A stretch of DNA of 57,802 bases from positions 1 to 57,802 of the forward strand of contig NIVC01002000.1 of NCBI GenBank assembly GCA_002269645.1. Direction: 5' to 3'. Every line of letters starts with the position of its first letter. Positions within the stretch are counted from its first letter, which is position 1. Source of the DNA: Macrostomum lignano. Its lineage: Eukaryota. Below are positions 1 through 12,085 of this stretch, in pieces. The notes under the pieces are model-generated. The model ran no database searches. It was given only the letters and a program-made list of their open reading frames with translations, and was not told the origin of the DNA. Both the position numbers and the translations under genes were made by a program.

Positions 1-3000
1 ACGCTTCGGTGACGGCTTCTTCCACACTCGCTTCAGCCACTTTCCTAAAGTGCACGCGCCACTTGCGACCGTAGCGTCGACGGTAGACCACTCGGGTGTA
101 GTACCAGCGCACTTGCGACCGTAGTGTCTCTTGTACCAGGTGACCTTGTGCAGGACGCGACGCTTCGGTGACGGCTTCTTCCACACTCGCTTCCACTTCC
201 TAAAGTGCACGCCACTTGCGACCGTAGCGTCGACGGTAGACCACTCGGGTGTAGTACCAGCGCCACTTGCGACCGTAGTGTCTCTTGTACCAGGTGACCT
301 TGTGCAGGACGCGACGCTTCGGTGACGGCTTCTTCCACACTCGCTTCAGCCACTTCCTAAAGTGCACGCGCCACTTGCGACCGTAGCGTCGACGGTAGAC
401 CACTCGGTGTAGTACCAGCGCCACTTGCGACCGTAGTGTCTCTTGTACCAGGTGACCTTGTGCAGGACGCGACGCTTCGGTGACGGCTTCTTCCACACTC
501 TCTTCAGCCACTTCCTAAAGTGCACGCGCCACTTGCGACCGTAGCGTCGACGGTAGACCACTCGGGTGTAGTACCAGCGCCACTTGCGACCGTAGTGTCT
601 CTTGTACCAGGTGACCTTGTGCAGGACGCGAAGCTTCGGTGACGGCTTCTTCCACACTCTCTTCAGCCACTTCCTAAAGTGCACGCGCCACTTGCGACCG
701 TAGCGTCGACGGTAGACCACTCGGGTGTAGTACCAGCGCCACTTGCGACCGTAGTGTCTCTTGTACCAGGTGACCTTGTGCAGGACGCGACGCTTCGGTG
801 ACGGCTTCTTCCACACTCGCTTCAGCCACTTCCTAAAGTGCACGCGCCACTTGCGACCGTAGCGTCGACGGTAGACCACTCGGGTGTAGTACCAGCGCCA
901 CTTGCGACCGTAGTGTCTCTTGTACCAGGTGACCTTGTGCAGGACGCGACGCTTCGGTGACGGCTTCTTCCACACTCGCTTCAGCCACTTCCTAAAGTGC
1001 ACGCGCCACTTGCGACCGTAGCGTCGACGGTAGACCACTCGGGTGTAGTACCAGCGCCACTTGCGACCGTAGTGTCTCTTGTACCAGGTGACCTTGTGCA
1101 GGACGCGACGCTTCGGTGACGGCTTCTTCCACACTCGCTTCAGCCACTTCCTAAAGTGCACGCGCCACTTGCGACCGTAGCGTCGACGGTAGACCACTCG
1201 GGTGTAGTACCAGCGCCACTTGCGACCGTAGTGTCTCTTGTACCAGGTGACCTTGTGCAGGACGCGACGCTTCGGTGACGGCTTCTTCCACACTCGCTTC
1301 AGCCACTTCCTAAAGTGCACGCGCCACTTGCGACCGTAGCGTCGACGGTAGACCACTCGGGTGTAGTACCAGCGCCACTTGCGACCGTAGTGTCTCTTGT
1401 ACCAGGTGACCTTGTGCAGGACGCGACGCTTCGGCGACGGCTTCTTCCAGACCGTTTTCACCCACCTTCGGAAGTGAGATCTCCATTTAATTCCAAATTT
1501 TCGATGATAAACCAGCCGAGTGTAATACCACCTCCAATTCTTAGGATAATGCTTTTTAAACCATCTCAAAGTGTGCACTATAACGTGCGGACGTTTTGGA
1601 GCCGGACGCTTCCACGTGTGCTTTTCCCATAGTTTAAAATGCACCCTCCACTTCCGACCAAATCGATGCTGATAAACAACTCGAGTGTAGTACCAACGCC
1701 AGTTTGTTCCGTAACGTCGCTTGAACCAACCAACCTTGTGCAGGACGCGACGCTTCGGTGACGGCTTCTTCCACACTCTCTTCAGCCACTTCCTAAAGTG
1801 CACGCGCCACTTGCGACCGTAGCGTCGATGGTAGACCACTCGGGTGTAGTACCAGCGCCACTTGCGACCGTAGTGTCTCTTGTACCAGGTGACCTTGTGC
1901 AGGACGCGACGCTTCGGTGACGGCTTCTTCCACACTCGCTTCAGCCACTTCCTAAAGTGCACGCGCCACTTGCGACCGTAGCGTCGACGGTAGACCACTC
2001 GGGTGTAGTACCAGCGCCACTTGCGACCGTAGTGTCTCTTGTACCAGGTGACCTTGTGCAGGACGCGACGCTTCGGCGACGGCTTCTTCCAGACCGTTTT
2101 CACCCACCTTCGGAAGTGAGATCTCCATTTAATTCCAAATTTTCGATGATAAACCAGCCGAGTGTAATACCACCTCCAATTCTTAGGATAATGCTTTTTA
2201 AACCATCTCAAAGTGTGCACTATAACGTGCGGACGTTTTGGAGCCGGACGCTTCCACGTGTGCTTTTCCCATAGTTTAAAATGCACCCTCCACTTCGACC
2301 AAATCGATGCTGATAAACAACTCGAGTGTAGTACCAACGCCAGTTTGTTCCGTAACGTCGCTTGAACCAACCAACCTTGTGCAGGACGCGACGCTTCGGT
2401 GACGGCTTCTTCCACACTCTCTTCAGCCACTTCCTAAAGTGCACGCGCCACTTGCGACCGTAGCGTCGACGGTAGACCACTCGGGTGTAGTACCAGCCCA
2501 CTTGCGACCGTAGTGTCTCTTGTACCAGGTGACCTTGTGCAGGACGCGACGCTTCGGTGACGGCTTCTTCCACACTCGCTTCAGCCACTTCCTAAAGTGC
2601 ACGCGCCACTTGCGACCGTAGCGTCGACGGTAGACCACTCGGGTGTAGTACCAGCGCCACTTGCGACCGTAGTGTCTCTTGTACCAGGTGACCTTGTGCA
2701 GGACGCGACGCTTCGGTGACGGCTTCTTCCACACTCGCTTCAGCCACTTCCTAAAGTGCACGCGCCACTTGCGACCGTAGCGTCGACGGTAGACCACTCG
2801 GGTGTAGTACCAGCGCCACTTGCGACCGTAGTGTCTCTTGTACCAGGTGACCTTGTGCAGGACGCGACGCTTCGGTGACGGCTTCTTCCACACTCTCTTC
2901 AGCCACTTCCTAAAGTGCACGCGCCACTTGCGACCGTAGCGTCGACGGTAGACCACTCGGGTGTAGTACCAGCGCCACTTGCGACCGTAGTGTCTCTTGT

Positions 3001-6000
3001 ACCAGGTGACCTTGTGCAGGACGCGACGCTTCGGTGACGGCTTCTTCCACACTCGCTTCAGCCACTTCCTAAAGTGCACGCGCCACTTGCGACCGTAGCG
3101 TCGACGGTAGACCACTCGGGTGTAGTACCAGCGCCACTTGCGACCGTAGTGTCTCTTGTACCAGGTGACCTTGTGCAGGACGCGACGCTTCGGTGACGGC
3201 TTCTTCCACACTCGCTTCAGCCACTTCCTAAAGTGCACGCGCCACTTGCGACCGTAGCGTCGACGGTAGACCACTCGGGTGTAGTACCAGCGCCACTTGC
3301 GACCGTAGTGTCTCTTGTACCAGGTGACCTTGTGCAGGACGCGACGCTTCGGTGACGGCTTCTTCCACACTCGCTTCAGCCACTTCCTAAAGTGCACGCG
3401 CCACTTGCGACCGTAGCGTCGACGGTAGACCACTCGGGTGTAGTACCAGCGCCACTTGCGACCGTAGTGTCTCTTGTACCAGGTGACCTTGTGCAGGACG
3501 CGACGCTTCGGTGACGGCTTCTTCCACACTCGCTTCAGCCACTTCCTAAAATGCACGCGCCACTTGCGACCGTAGCGTCGACGGTAGACCACTCGGGTGT
3601 AGTACCAGCGCCACTTGCGACCGTAGTGTCTCTTGTACCAGGTGACCTTGTGCAGGACGCGACGCTTCGGTGACGGCTTCTTCCACACTCGCTTCAGCCA
3701 CTTCCTAAAGTGCACGCGCCACTTGCGACCGTAGCGTCGACGGTAGACCACTCGGGTGTAGTACCAGCGCCACTTGACCGTAGTGTCTCTTGTACCAGGT
3801 GACCTTGTGCAGGACGCGACGCTTCGGTGACGGCTTCTTCCACACTCGCTTCAGCCACTTCCTAAAGTGCACGCGCCACTTGCGACCGTAGCGTCGACGG
3901 TAGACCACTCGGGTGTAGTACCAGCGCCACTTGCGACCGTAGTGTCTCTTGTACCAGGTGACCTTGTGCAGGACGCGACGCTTCGGTGACGGCTTCTTCC
4001 ACACTCTCTTCAGCCACTTCCTAAAGTGCACGCGCCACTTGCGACCGTAGCGTCGATGGTAGACCACTCGGGTGTAGTACCAGCGCCACTTGCGACCGTA
4101 GTGTCTCTTGTACCAGGTGACCTTGTGCAGGACGCGACGCTTCGGTGACGGCTTCTTCCACACTCGCTTCAGCCACTTCCTAAAGTGCACGCGCCACTTG
4201 CGACCGTAGCGTCGACGGTAGACCACTCGGGTGTAGTACCAGCGCCACTTGCGACCGTAGTGTCTCTTGTACCAGGTGACCTTGTGCAGGACGCGACGCT
4301 TCGGTGACGGCTTCTTCCACACTCGCTTCAGCCACTTCCTAAAGTGCACGCGCCACTTGCGACCGTAGCGTCGACGGTAGACCACTCGGGTGTAGTACCA
4401 GCGCCACTTGCGACCGTAGTGTCTCTTGTACCAGGTGACCTTGTGCAGGACGCGACGCTTCGGTGACGGCTTCTTCCACACTCTCTTCAGCCACTTCCTA
4501 AAGTGCACGCGCCACTTGCGACCGTAGCGTCGACGGTAGACCACTCGGGTGTAGTACCAGCGCCACTTGCGACCGTAGTGTCTCTTGTACCAGGTGACCT
4601 TGTGCAGGACGCGACGCTTCGGTGACGGCTTCTTCCACACTCGCTTCAGCCACTTCCTAAAGTGCACGCGCCACTTGCGACCGTAGCGTCGACGGTAGAC
4701 CACTCGGGTGTAGTACCAGCGCCACTTGCGACCGTAGTGTCTCTTGTACCAGGTGACCTTGTGCAGGACGCGACGCTTCGGTGACGGCTTCTTCCACACT
4801 CGCTTCAGCCACTTCCTAAAGTGCACGCGCCACTTGCGACCGTAGCGTCGACGGTAGACCACTCGGGTGTAGTACCAGCGCCACTTGCGACCGTAGTGTC
4901 TCTTGTACCAGGTGACCTTGTGCAGGACGCGACGCTTCGGTGACGGCTTCTTCCACACTCTCTTCAGCCACTTCCTAAAGTGCACGCGCCACTTGCGACC
5001 GTAGCGTCGACGGTAGACCACTCGGGTGTAGTACCAGCGCCACTTGCGACCGTAGTGTCTCTTGTACCAGGTGACCTTGTGCAGGACGCGACGCTTCGGT
5101 GACGGCTTCTTCCACACTCGCTTCAGCCACTTCCTAAAGTGCACGCGCCACTTGCGACCGTAGCGTCGACGGTAGACCACTCGGGTGTAGTACCAGCGCC
5201 ACTTGCGACCGTAGTGTCTCTTGTACCAGGTGACCTTGTGCAGGACGCGACGCTTCGGTGACGGCTTCTTCCACACTCGCTTCAGCCACTTCCTAAAGTG
5301 CACGCGCCACTTGCGACCGTAGCGTCGACGGTAGACCACTCGGTGTAGTACCAGCGCCACTTGCGACCGTAGTGTCTCTTGTACCAGGTGACCTTGTGCA
5401 GGACGCGACGCTTCGGTGACGGCTTCTTCCACACTCGCTTCAGCCACTTCCTAAAGTGCACGCGCCACTTGCGACCGTAGCGTCGACGGTAGACCACTCG
5501 GGTGTAGTACCAGCGCCACTTGCGACCGTAGTGTCTCTTGTACCAGGTGACCTTGTGCAGGACGCGACGCTTCGGTGACGGCTTCTTCCACACTCGCTTC
5601 AGCCACTTCCTAAAGTGCACGCGCCACTTGCGACCGTAGCGTCGACGGTAGACCACTCGGGTGTAGTACCAGCGCCACTTGCGACCGTAGTGTCTCTTGT
5701 ACCAGGTGACCTTGTGCAGGACGCGACGCTTCGGTGACGGCTTCTTCCACACTCTCTTCAGCCACTTCCTAAAGTGCACGCGCCACTTGCGACCGTAGCG
5801 TCGACGGTAGACCACTCGGGTGTAGTACCAGCGCCACTTGCGACCGTAGTGTCTCTTGTACCAGGTGACCTTGTGCAGGACGCGACGCTTCGGTGACGGC
5901 TTCTTCCACACTCGCTTCAGCCACTTCCTAAAGTGCACGCGCCACTTGCGACCGTAGCGTCGACGGTAGACCACTCGGGTGTAGTACCAGCGCCACTTGC

Positions 6001-7135
6001 GACCGTAGTGTCTCTTGTACCAGGTGACCTTGTGCAGGACGCGACGCTTCGGTGACGGCTTCTTCCACACTCGCTTCAGCCACTTCCTAAAGTGCACGCG
6101 CCACTTGCGACCGTAGCGTCGACGGTAGACCACTCGGGTGTAGTACCAGCGCCACTTGCGACCGTAGTGTCTCTTGTACCAGGTGACCTTGTGCAGGACG
6201 CGACGCTTCGGTGACGGCTTCTTCCACACTCGCTTCAGCCACTTCCTAAAGTGCACGCGCCACTTGCGACCGTAGCGTCGACGGTAGACCACTCGGGTGT
6301 AGTACCAGCGCCACTTGCGACCGTAGTGTCTCTTGTACCAGGTGACCTTGTGCAGGACGCGACGCTTCGGTGACGGCTTCTTCCACACTCGCTTCAGCCA
6401 CTTCCTAAAGTGCACGCGCCACTTGCGACCGTAGCGTCGACGGTAGACCACTCGGGTGTAGTACCAGCGCCACTTGCGACCGTAGTGTCTCTTGTACCAG
6501 GTGACCTTGTGCAGGACGCGACGCTTCGGTGACGGCTTCTTCCACACTCGCTTCAGCCACTTCCTAAAGTGCACGCGCCACTTGCGACCGTAGCGTCGAC
6601 GGTAGACCACTCGGGTGTAGTACCAGCGCCACTTGCGACCGTAGTGTCTCTTGTACCAGGTGACCTTGTGCAGGACGCGACGCTTCGGTGACGGCTTCTT
6701 CCACACTCGCTTCAGCCACTTCCTAAAGTGCACGCGCCACTTGCGACCGTAGCGTCGACGGTAGACCACTCGGGTGTAGTACCAGCGCCACTTGCGACCG
6801 TAGTGTCTCTTGTACCAGGTGACCTTGTGCAGGACGCGACGCTTCGGTGACGGCTTCTTCCACACTCGCTTCAGCCACTTCCTAAAGTGCACGCGCCACT
6901 TGCGACCGTAGCGTCGACGGTAGACCACTCGGGTGTAGTACCAGCGCCACTTGCGACCGTAGTGTCTCTTGTACCAGGTGACCTTGTGCAGGACGCGACG
7001 CTTCGGTGACGGCTTCTTCCACACTCGCTTCAGCCACTTCCTAAAGTGCACGCGCCACTTGCGACCGTAGCGTCGACGGTAGACCACTCGGGTGTAGTAC
7101 CAGCGCCACTTGTGACCGTAGTGTCTCTTGTACCA
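1..7135 (-). repeat. Coding tandem repeat, 159-bp unit (53 aa RKWRWYYTRVVYRRRYGRKWRVHFRKWLKRVWKKPSPKRRVLHKVTWYKRHYG), about 45 copies
   Basis: 159-bp period read directly; units nearly identical; divergent units at ~1437-1740 and ~2080-2380. Confidence 0.97.
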
Positions 7136-8574
7136 GGTTGCAGTTTTAACATGTGGTTTCCCCCTCCCGCACTCGACCTGGTATTGGAGTTGATGGTTAG
7201 TTTTTTGGTATAACGGAATCCAGGCTTTACCAGAGTTGATTTTCTTTTCCCATTCCTTGAACTTCGTTAGAAACGTTTTTCCGTATATTTTTCTGTAGTG
7301 CCATTTCGTGTACTTTATCAGAGCTTTCTTCTTTTTGAAGACTAGGTTATAGTAAAACCAGCGGAACATCATTTCCTTCTTGTCAGCCGACAGATCCTTG
7401 TTTAAAGCTTTCCACTCTGATAAAGCACTGCTTCCTGCCTTTTTGTACCGGAAGTACCATCGCATAAACTCATTAACATAGGCCTGGCTTCCTTCCTTAT
7501 GCTTTTGCTTGATCTTCCATTTCATCCAGCTGTAAATCCAAGTCGTAGGTCGGTATTTTTTAAAATACCACTTTACATAGTGCGGCTCCCATTTCTTGCC
7601 GTACTTTTTCTTGAATGGCAACTTCTCCCACTCGGAGAACCAGTTTTTGCCGTATTTTTTCTTCATTTGATATTTCTCGTAGTGCGTTCTCCACTTCGAA
7701 CCGAACTTCTTTTTAAACCAGCGAATGCTGTGTACATGAACAGTCACAGAACTGGTAGTAGTGTAGGCTAGTTGCGTTTCCATCAGTTTGTAATATTTCA
7801 TCCAGTGCTTGTTTGTATTAAACCTGTTCAGCCACAACTTGTACTTTGGTAGGAACTTTTTGCCGAACCGCTTCCTGTAGAACCACTTGGTGTATTTGAT
7901 CAGTGCCTGCTTTTTCTGGAATACTAAATTGTAGTAAAACCAGCGGAACTTCTTCTCGCCTTCGTCCTCAGACAGGTCTTTGGTAGCGGATTTCCACGCC
8001 TCAAGCGCTTTGTCACCCTTTTTAGTGTACTTGAAGTACCACCTCATGAACTCGTCAACGTACGCCTTGCTGCCCTCTTTGTGCTTTTGTCTAAACTGCC
8101 ACTTCTTCCAGCTGTAAATCCAGGTGGCCCCTCGGTATTTCCTGAAATACCACTTCACATAGTGGGGCTCCCACTTCTTCCCGTATTTCTTCTTAAATCG
8201 CAACTTCTCCCATTCCGAGAACCAGTCCTTGCCGTACTTCTTCTTCATCAAATGCTGCTCGTAGTGGATTTTCCACTTCAAACCGTAGAGCTTCTTGTAC
8301 TTCCAAATTAGGAAGTGCTTCTCCCAAGCTGAGCCGAACTTCTTCTTGAAAGTAGCTCGCATTCTGTCTTCCGGAGAAACCGGGGAGCCAGTCTTGCTCT
8401 CGGTCCGGTGCAAGTAGGTCTCGAACTTGGTAGAGTCGCCATATTTATTGGTAAACCAGGTCTTCAAATGCGTCTGCCAGCTGCCGGGGTAAAGAGTCTT
8501 GTAGTGCTTGAGGACTATGTAGAACTCCCACGCTTCGCCATAGATCTTCTTGTAGTACTGGATAGTTGAGTGGC
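1..8574 (-). CDS. Giant exon 5 (runs off window) of a putative secreted vWA + K/R/W/Y/H-rich repeat protein; frame broken by seven small deletions
   Basis: Acceptor tctctttag|gc at 8576-8575; phase 1 matches exon 4. Open from 8574 to ~5343, then the same 53-aa peptide continues across ORFs 3705-5447, 2423-3751, 346-2430 and 200-511. Frame-breaking deletions relative to the repeat consensus at ~5342, 3776, 2497, 2296, 406, 211 and 110. Confidence 0.85.
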
Positions 8575-8657
8575 CTAAAGAGATCAATATTGGATTTTTA
8601 TTTGCTGACAGCACATGTAGGCATTATTGAACAGCAAATAAATGCTTATATCCTTAC

Positions 8658-8752
8658 TGTACGACTTAAGCAGGGTAGTCAGGAATGTCGTGTGCTCCAA
8701 GGTTTTGTCCGTGGATGTCTCCTTGCCGCCTTCTTTCACGTTGAAGATGCCC
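8658..8752 (-). CDS. Exon 4 of vWA/repeat protein (GIFNVKEGGKETSTDKTLEHTTFLTTLLKSY)
   Basis: ctttttag| acceptor and |gtaagga donor; 95 nt, phase 2 in and phase 1 out, fits both neighbours; resembles the last vWA strand/helix. Confidence 0.8.
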
Positions 8753-9186
8753 CTAAAAAGGTTTCAATGTGCGGCCACAGTAATCTGGATCTCGGATAGG
8801 GGAATTGGAATTGTGCTTAAGCAGTCCTTGTGTGCAGCCTTTGAGAGCGTGTGCTTAGCGTGATAGCAGGCACCCTTTAGAATTGACCTTGACTGCGGTG
8901 CCCACAGCCCCCCTCATGCGCATAAGGTTGGAATTGGAATTTTAAATTCGGAATTTTGAATAAAATTTTACATCATCCCTTTGATTTCCGATGGGCCGAG
9001 AAAAAATCGATTTTGGTAAATAGGAAATACTCAGAAATTTTAGTGCAGAAAAAATCTACATTCTGTCTGAAGGAATAGTTGAATAACTTGACGTCATCGA
9101 TCACTACCAGTTTAAAAATTACCGTTTGTAGAAACAAAATTCAGGGAAACGTTTCATTTCATGTTTGCTCGAACACAGCGAAAATC

Positions 9187-9963
9187 CGAACCCGGTAGCT
9201 GACCCTGCCACCCTACCCCGAACCCGGTAGCTGACCCTGACACCCTACCCCGAACCCGGTAGCTGACCCTGACACCCTACCCCGAACCCGGTAGCTGACC
9301 CTGACACCCTACCCCGAACCCGGTAGCTGACCCTGACACCCTACCCCGAACCCGGTAGCTGACCCTGACACCCTACTCCGAACCCGGTAGCTGACCCTGA
9401 CACCCTACCCCGAACCCGGTAGCTGACCCTGACCCCTACCCCGAACCCGGTAGCTGACCCTGACACCCTACCCCGAACCCGGTAGCTGACCCTGCCACCC
9501 TACCCCGAACCCAGTAGCTGACCCTGACACCCTACCCCAAACCCGGTAGCTGACCCTGACACCCTACCCCGAACCCAGTAGCTGACCCTGACCCCTACCC
9601 CGAACCCGGTGGCTGACCCTGCCACCCTACTCCGAACCCGGTAGCTGACCCTGCCACCCTACCCCGAACCCGGTACCTGACCCTGACATCCTACCCCGAA
9701 CCCGGTAGCTGACCCTGACACCCTACCCCGAACCCGGTAGCTGACCCTGACACCCTACTCCGAACCCGGTAGCTGACCCTGACACCCTACCCCGAACCCG
9801 GTAGCTGACCCTGACACCCTACCCCGAACCCGGTAGCTGACCCTGACACCCTACTCCGAACCCGGTAGCTGACCCTGACACCCTACCCCGAACCCGGTAG
9901 CTGACCCTGACACCCTACCCCGAACCCGGTAGCTGACCCTGACACCCTACCCTGAACCCGGTA
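9187..9963. repeat. Intronic minisatellite, 32-bp unit cccgaacccggtagctgaccctgacaccctac, about 24 copies
   Basis: Direct inspection; array abuts the exon 3 donor site. Confidence 0.95.
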
Positions 9964-9968
9964 CTCAC

Positions 9969-10234
9969 GAAGACGAGTCCACAACAATCTCGGAAAGGCT
10001 AATCCACTCTTTCATGAGTTTGTGCCGCCACTGCTCTGTCTTGGCCGTGTTGGCGTCCCGCCCGGAGCTCAGCAGCATGACAATCCTCGGTCCGGAGGAC
10101 TTGCCGAACTTTTGCAACTCGTTGTAGGCCGCCTGGATGCCGACGTAATCGTAAACTTTGCCGCTCCGCTTGGCGTGGCGACTCTTGGATAGCTCGATTT
10201 GGAGCCTGGCCAAGATCCGGTCAAGCGACCAGCC
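9969..10234 (-). CDS. Exon 3, second half of vWA-like domain (GWSLDRILARLQ...GIQAAYNELQKFGKSSGPRIVMLLSSG...)
   Basis: ctctccag| acceptor and |gtgagt donor; 266 nt, phase 0 in and phase 2 out. AAYNEL...RIVMLLSSG resembles the vWA 'aL..a...l...r.vvllTDG' segment. Confidence 0.82.
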
Positions 10235-10404
10235 CTGGAGAGCGATTTGAATCAGTGAGCTTCACTTAGCCAGCGGTGTACAGCTGCATGCAGTACATCG
10301 GGCTGCTGGACAGCTTATAAGACTGTCTATAAACCTCACTATTCATGAATTTGATGCTGATTAATTGGTTTCTGTGTGTTAGAGTTCATGTAAGTTTTTG
10401 GGTC

Positions 10405-11160
10405 CAGTACCGGGTTCGGAGTAGGATGTCAGGGTCAGCTACCAGGTTTGGAGTAGGGTGTCAAGGTCAGGTACCGGGTTCAGAATGGGTGTCGGTCAGG
10501 TACCGGGTTCAGAATGGTTGTCAAGGTCAGGTACCGGATTCAGAATGGTTGTCAAGGTCAGGTACCGGTTCAGAATGGTTGTCAATGTCAGGTACCGGGT
10601 TCAGAATGGTTGTCAAGGTCAGGTACCGGATTCAGAATGGTTGTCAAGGTCAGGTACCGGGTTCAGAATGGTTGTCAATGTCAGGTACCGGGTTCAGAAT
10701 GGTTGTCAAGGTCAGGTACCGGGTTCAGAATGGTTGTCAAGGTCAGGTACCGGGTTCAGAATGGGTTTCGGTCAGGTACCGGGTTCAGAATGGTTGTCAG
10801 GGTCAGGTACCGGGTTCAGGGTAGGGTGTCAGCGTCAAGTACCGGGTTCAGAATGGTTGTCAGGGTCAGGTACCGGGTTCAGGACAGGGTGTCAGGGTCA
10901 GGTACCGGGTTCAGAATGGTTGTCAAGGTCAGGTACCGGGTTCAGGACAGGGTGTCAGGGTCAGGTACCGGGTTCAGGACAGGGTGTCAGGGTCAGGTAC
11001 CGGGTTCAGGACAGGGTGTCAGGGTCAGGTACCGGGTTCAGAATGGTTGTCAAGGTCAGGTACCGGGTTCAGAATGGTTGTCAGGGTCAGGTGCCAGGTT
11101 CAGGGTGGGTGTCGGTCAGGTTCCAGGTTCAGGGTGGATGTCAGGGTCAGGTGCCGGGAT
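10405..11160. repeat. Intronic minisatellite, 31/32-bp unit ggtcaggtaccgggttcagaatggttgtcaa, related to the 9187-9963 array in inverted orientation
   Basis: Variant units (gtagggtgtcagggtcagctacc.ggtt) match the reverse complement of the 32-bp unit. Explains spurious ORFs 10345-11256. Confidence 0.93.
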
Positions 11161-11175
11161 CTCAGCCGTCCTCAC

Positions 11176-11398
11176 CTGCTTCAGCGACACAATCGTATAA
11201 GGACGATCCGTGTACTCCACGAAGCCAATTTTAATCTTCTTGGTCTTCACCGGTAGCTTCTTCAAAGCGTCCATGATGTACTTTTTCAGACCTTTGGAGA
11301 TGGCGTTTTTGTCGATTGCCAGCACCAGACTGCCGCTTAGGTCCCCAGCGGACATGTCGCTGACCTTCGAATCCTTCAGCAGCTCCTTGGCGCTCGAG
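11176..11398 (-). CDS. Exon 2, first half of vWA-like domain (SLVLAIDKN...KTKKIKIGFVEYTDRPYTIVSL)
   Basis: cccccccag|c acceptor (phase 2) and cag|gtgagg donor (phase 0). LVLAID and IKIGFVEYTD match vWA beta-A and beta-B strands. Confidence 0.82.
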
Positions 11399-11678
11399 CT
11401 GGGGGGGGCAATGATCGATGGGTTTTTTAAAGAGAGAAAACTCAAGTAGAAGGACGCTACAATGTCAAATAGGGCAGAGTTCGCTGCAAAATGTGCATTG
11501 GCAAGATGGGGAGTTTCAGCTTTTTAGCACTGAACTCCCAATGTTTCTCCTTCTGGACTATCGAATTAAAACTGGAGCAAGCATTTCTGTCGTATTAGTT
11601 TGATGCACTATTTTGTATCCGAGAAAAATTTGAGAAAAAACTATTAGGGAAAATTATTAAGGGAAAATTAAAATTACT

Positions 11679-11900
11679 GTCACGACTGAAAGGTCAGGAG
11701 TTCGATTCTCAACCCACTGAGAACAATTTGTGTCCTCAAGCAAGATACTTAACTCTGCATTGCTTCAGTTCACCCAGCTGTAAAATGGGTGCCAGCATTA
11801 GCTGGGGTAATTGAGGGCGACCCCCAGTCCTTGGACTGAAAAGCAGTTCGTAGCCTTCAGAGATGCGCCGGGCATCTGCCCATTAAGGCAATAAAAAATA
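11679..11900 (+). mobile_element. 5'-truncated tRNA-derived SINE with CORE-like domain
   Basis: B-box-like gagttcgattctc; tgtgtcctcaagcaagatacttaactc...cagctgtaaaatggg resembles the MIR/CORE domain; second copy at 42632-42880. Confidence 0.7.
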
Positions 11901-12085
11901 GTAACGCTGAAAATACCGTTGCATTTTAAAGGCGCCGAATGGGGTTTGACCATAGACAAATTCGGTAGCGAAAAACCAGACTAAAGAGACAAACAGCAAC
12001 CGGCTTCCAACGAAATTTGCACTTTATTTGCGAAATTCGCATTTGACATTAAAACGTCCTTCTAGAATTAATAGGCCGATCTTAC

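Noticed and set aside
1-5343. Repeat gene is a pseudogene because of seven frameshifts
   Set aside because: All breaks are 1-2-nt deletions with no premature stops or substitution decay, and similar deletions hit lgl; this fits long-read consensus error.
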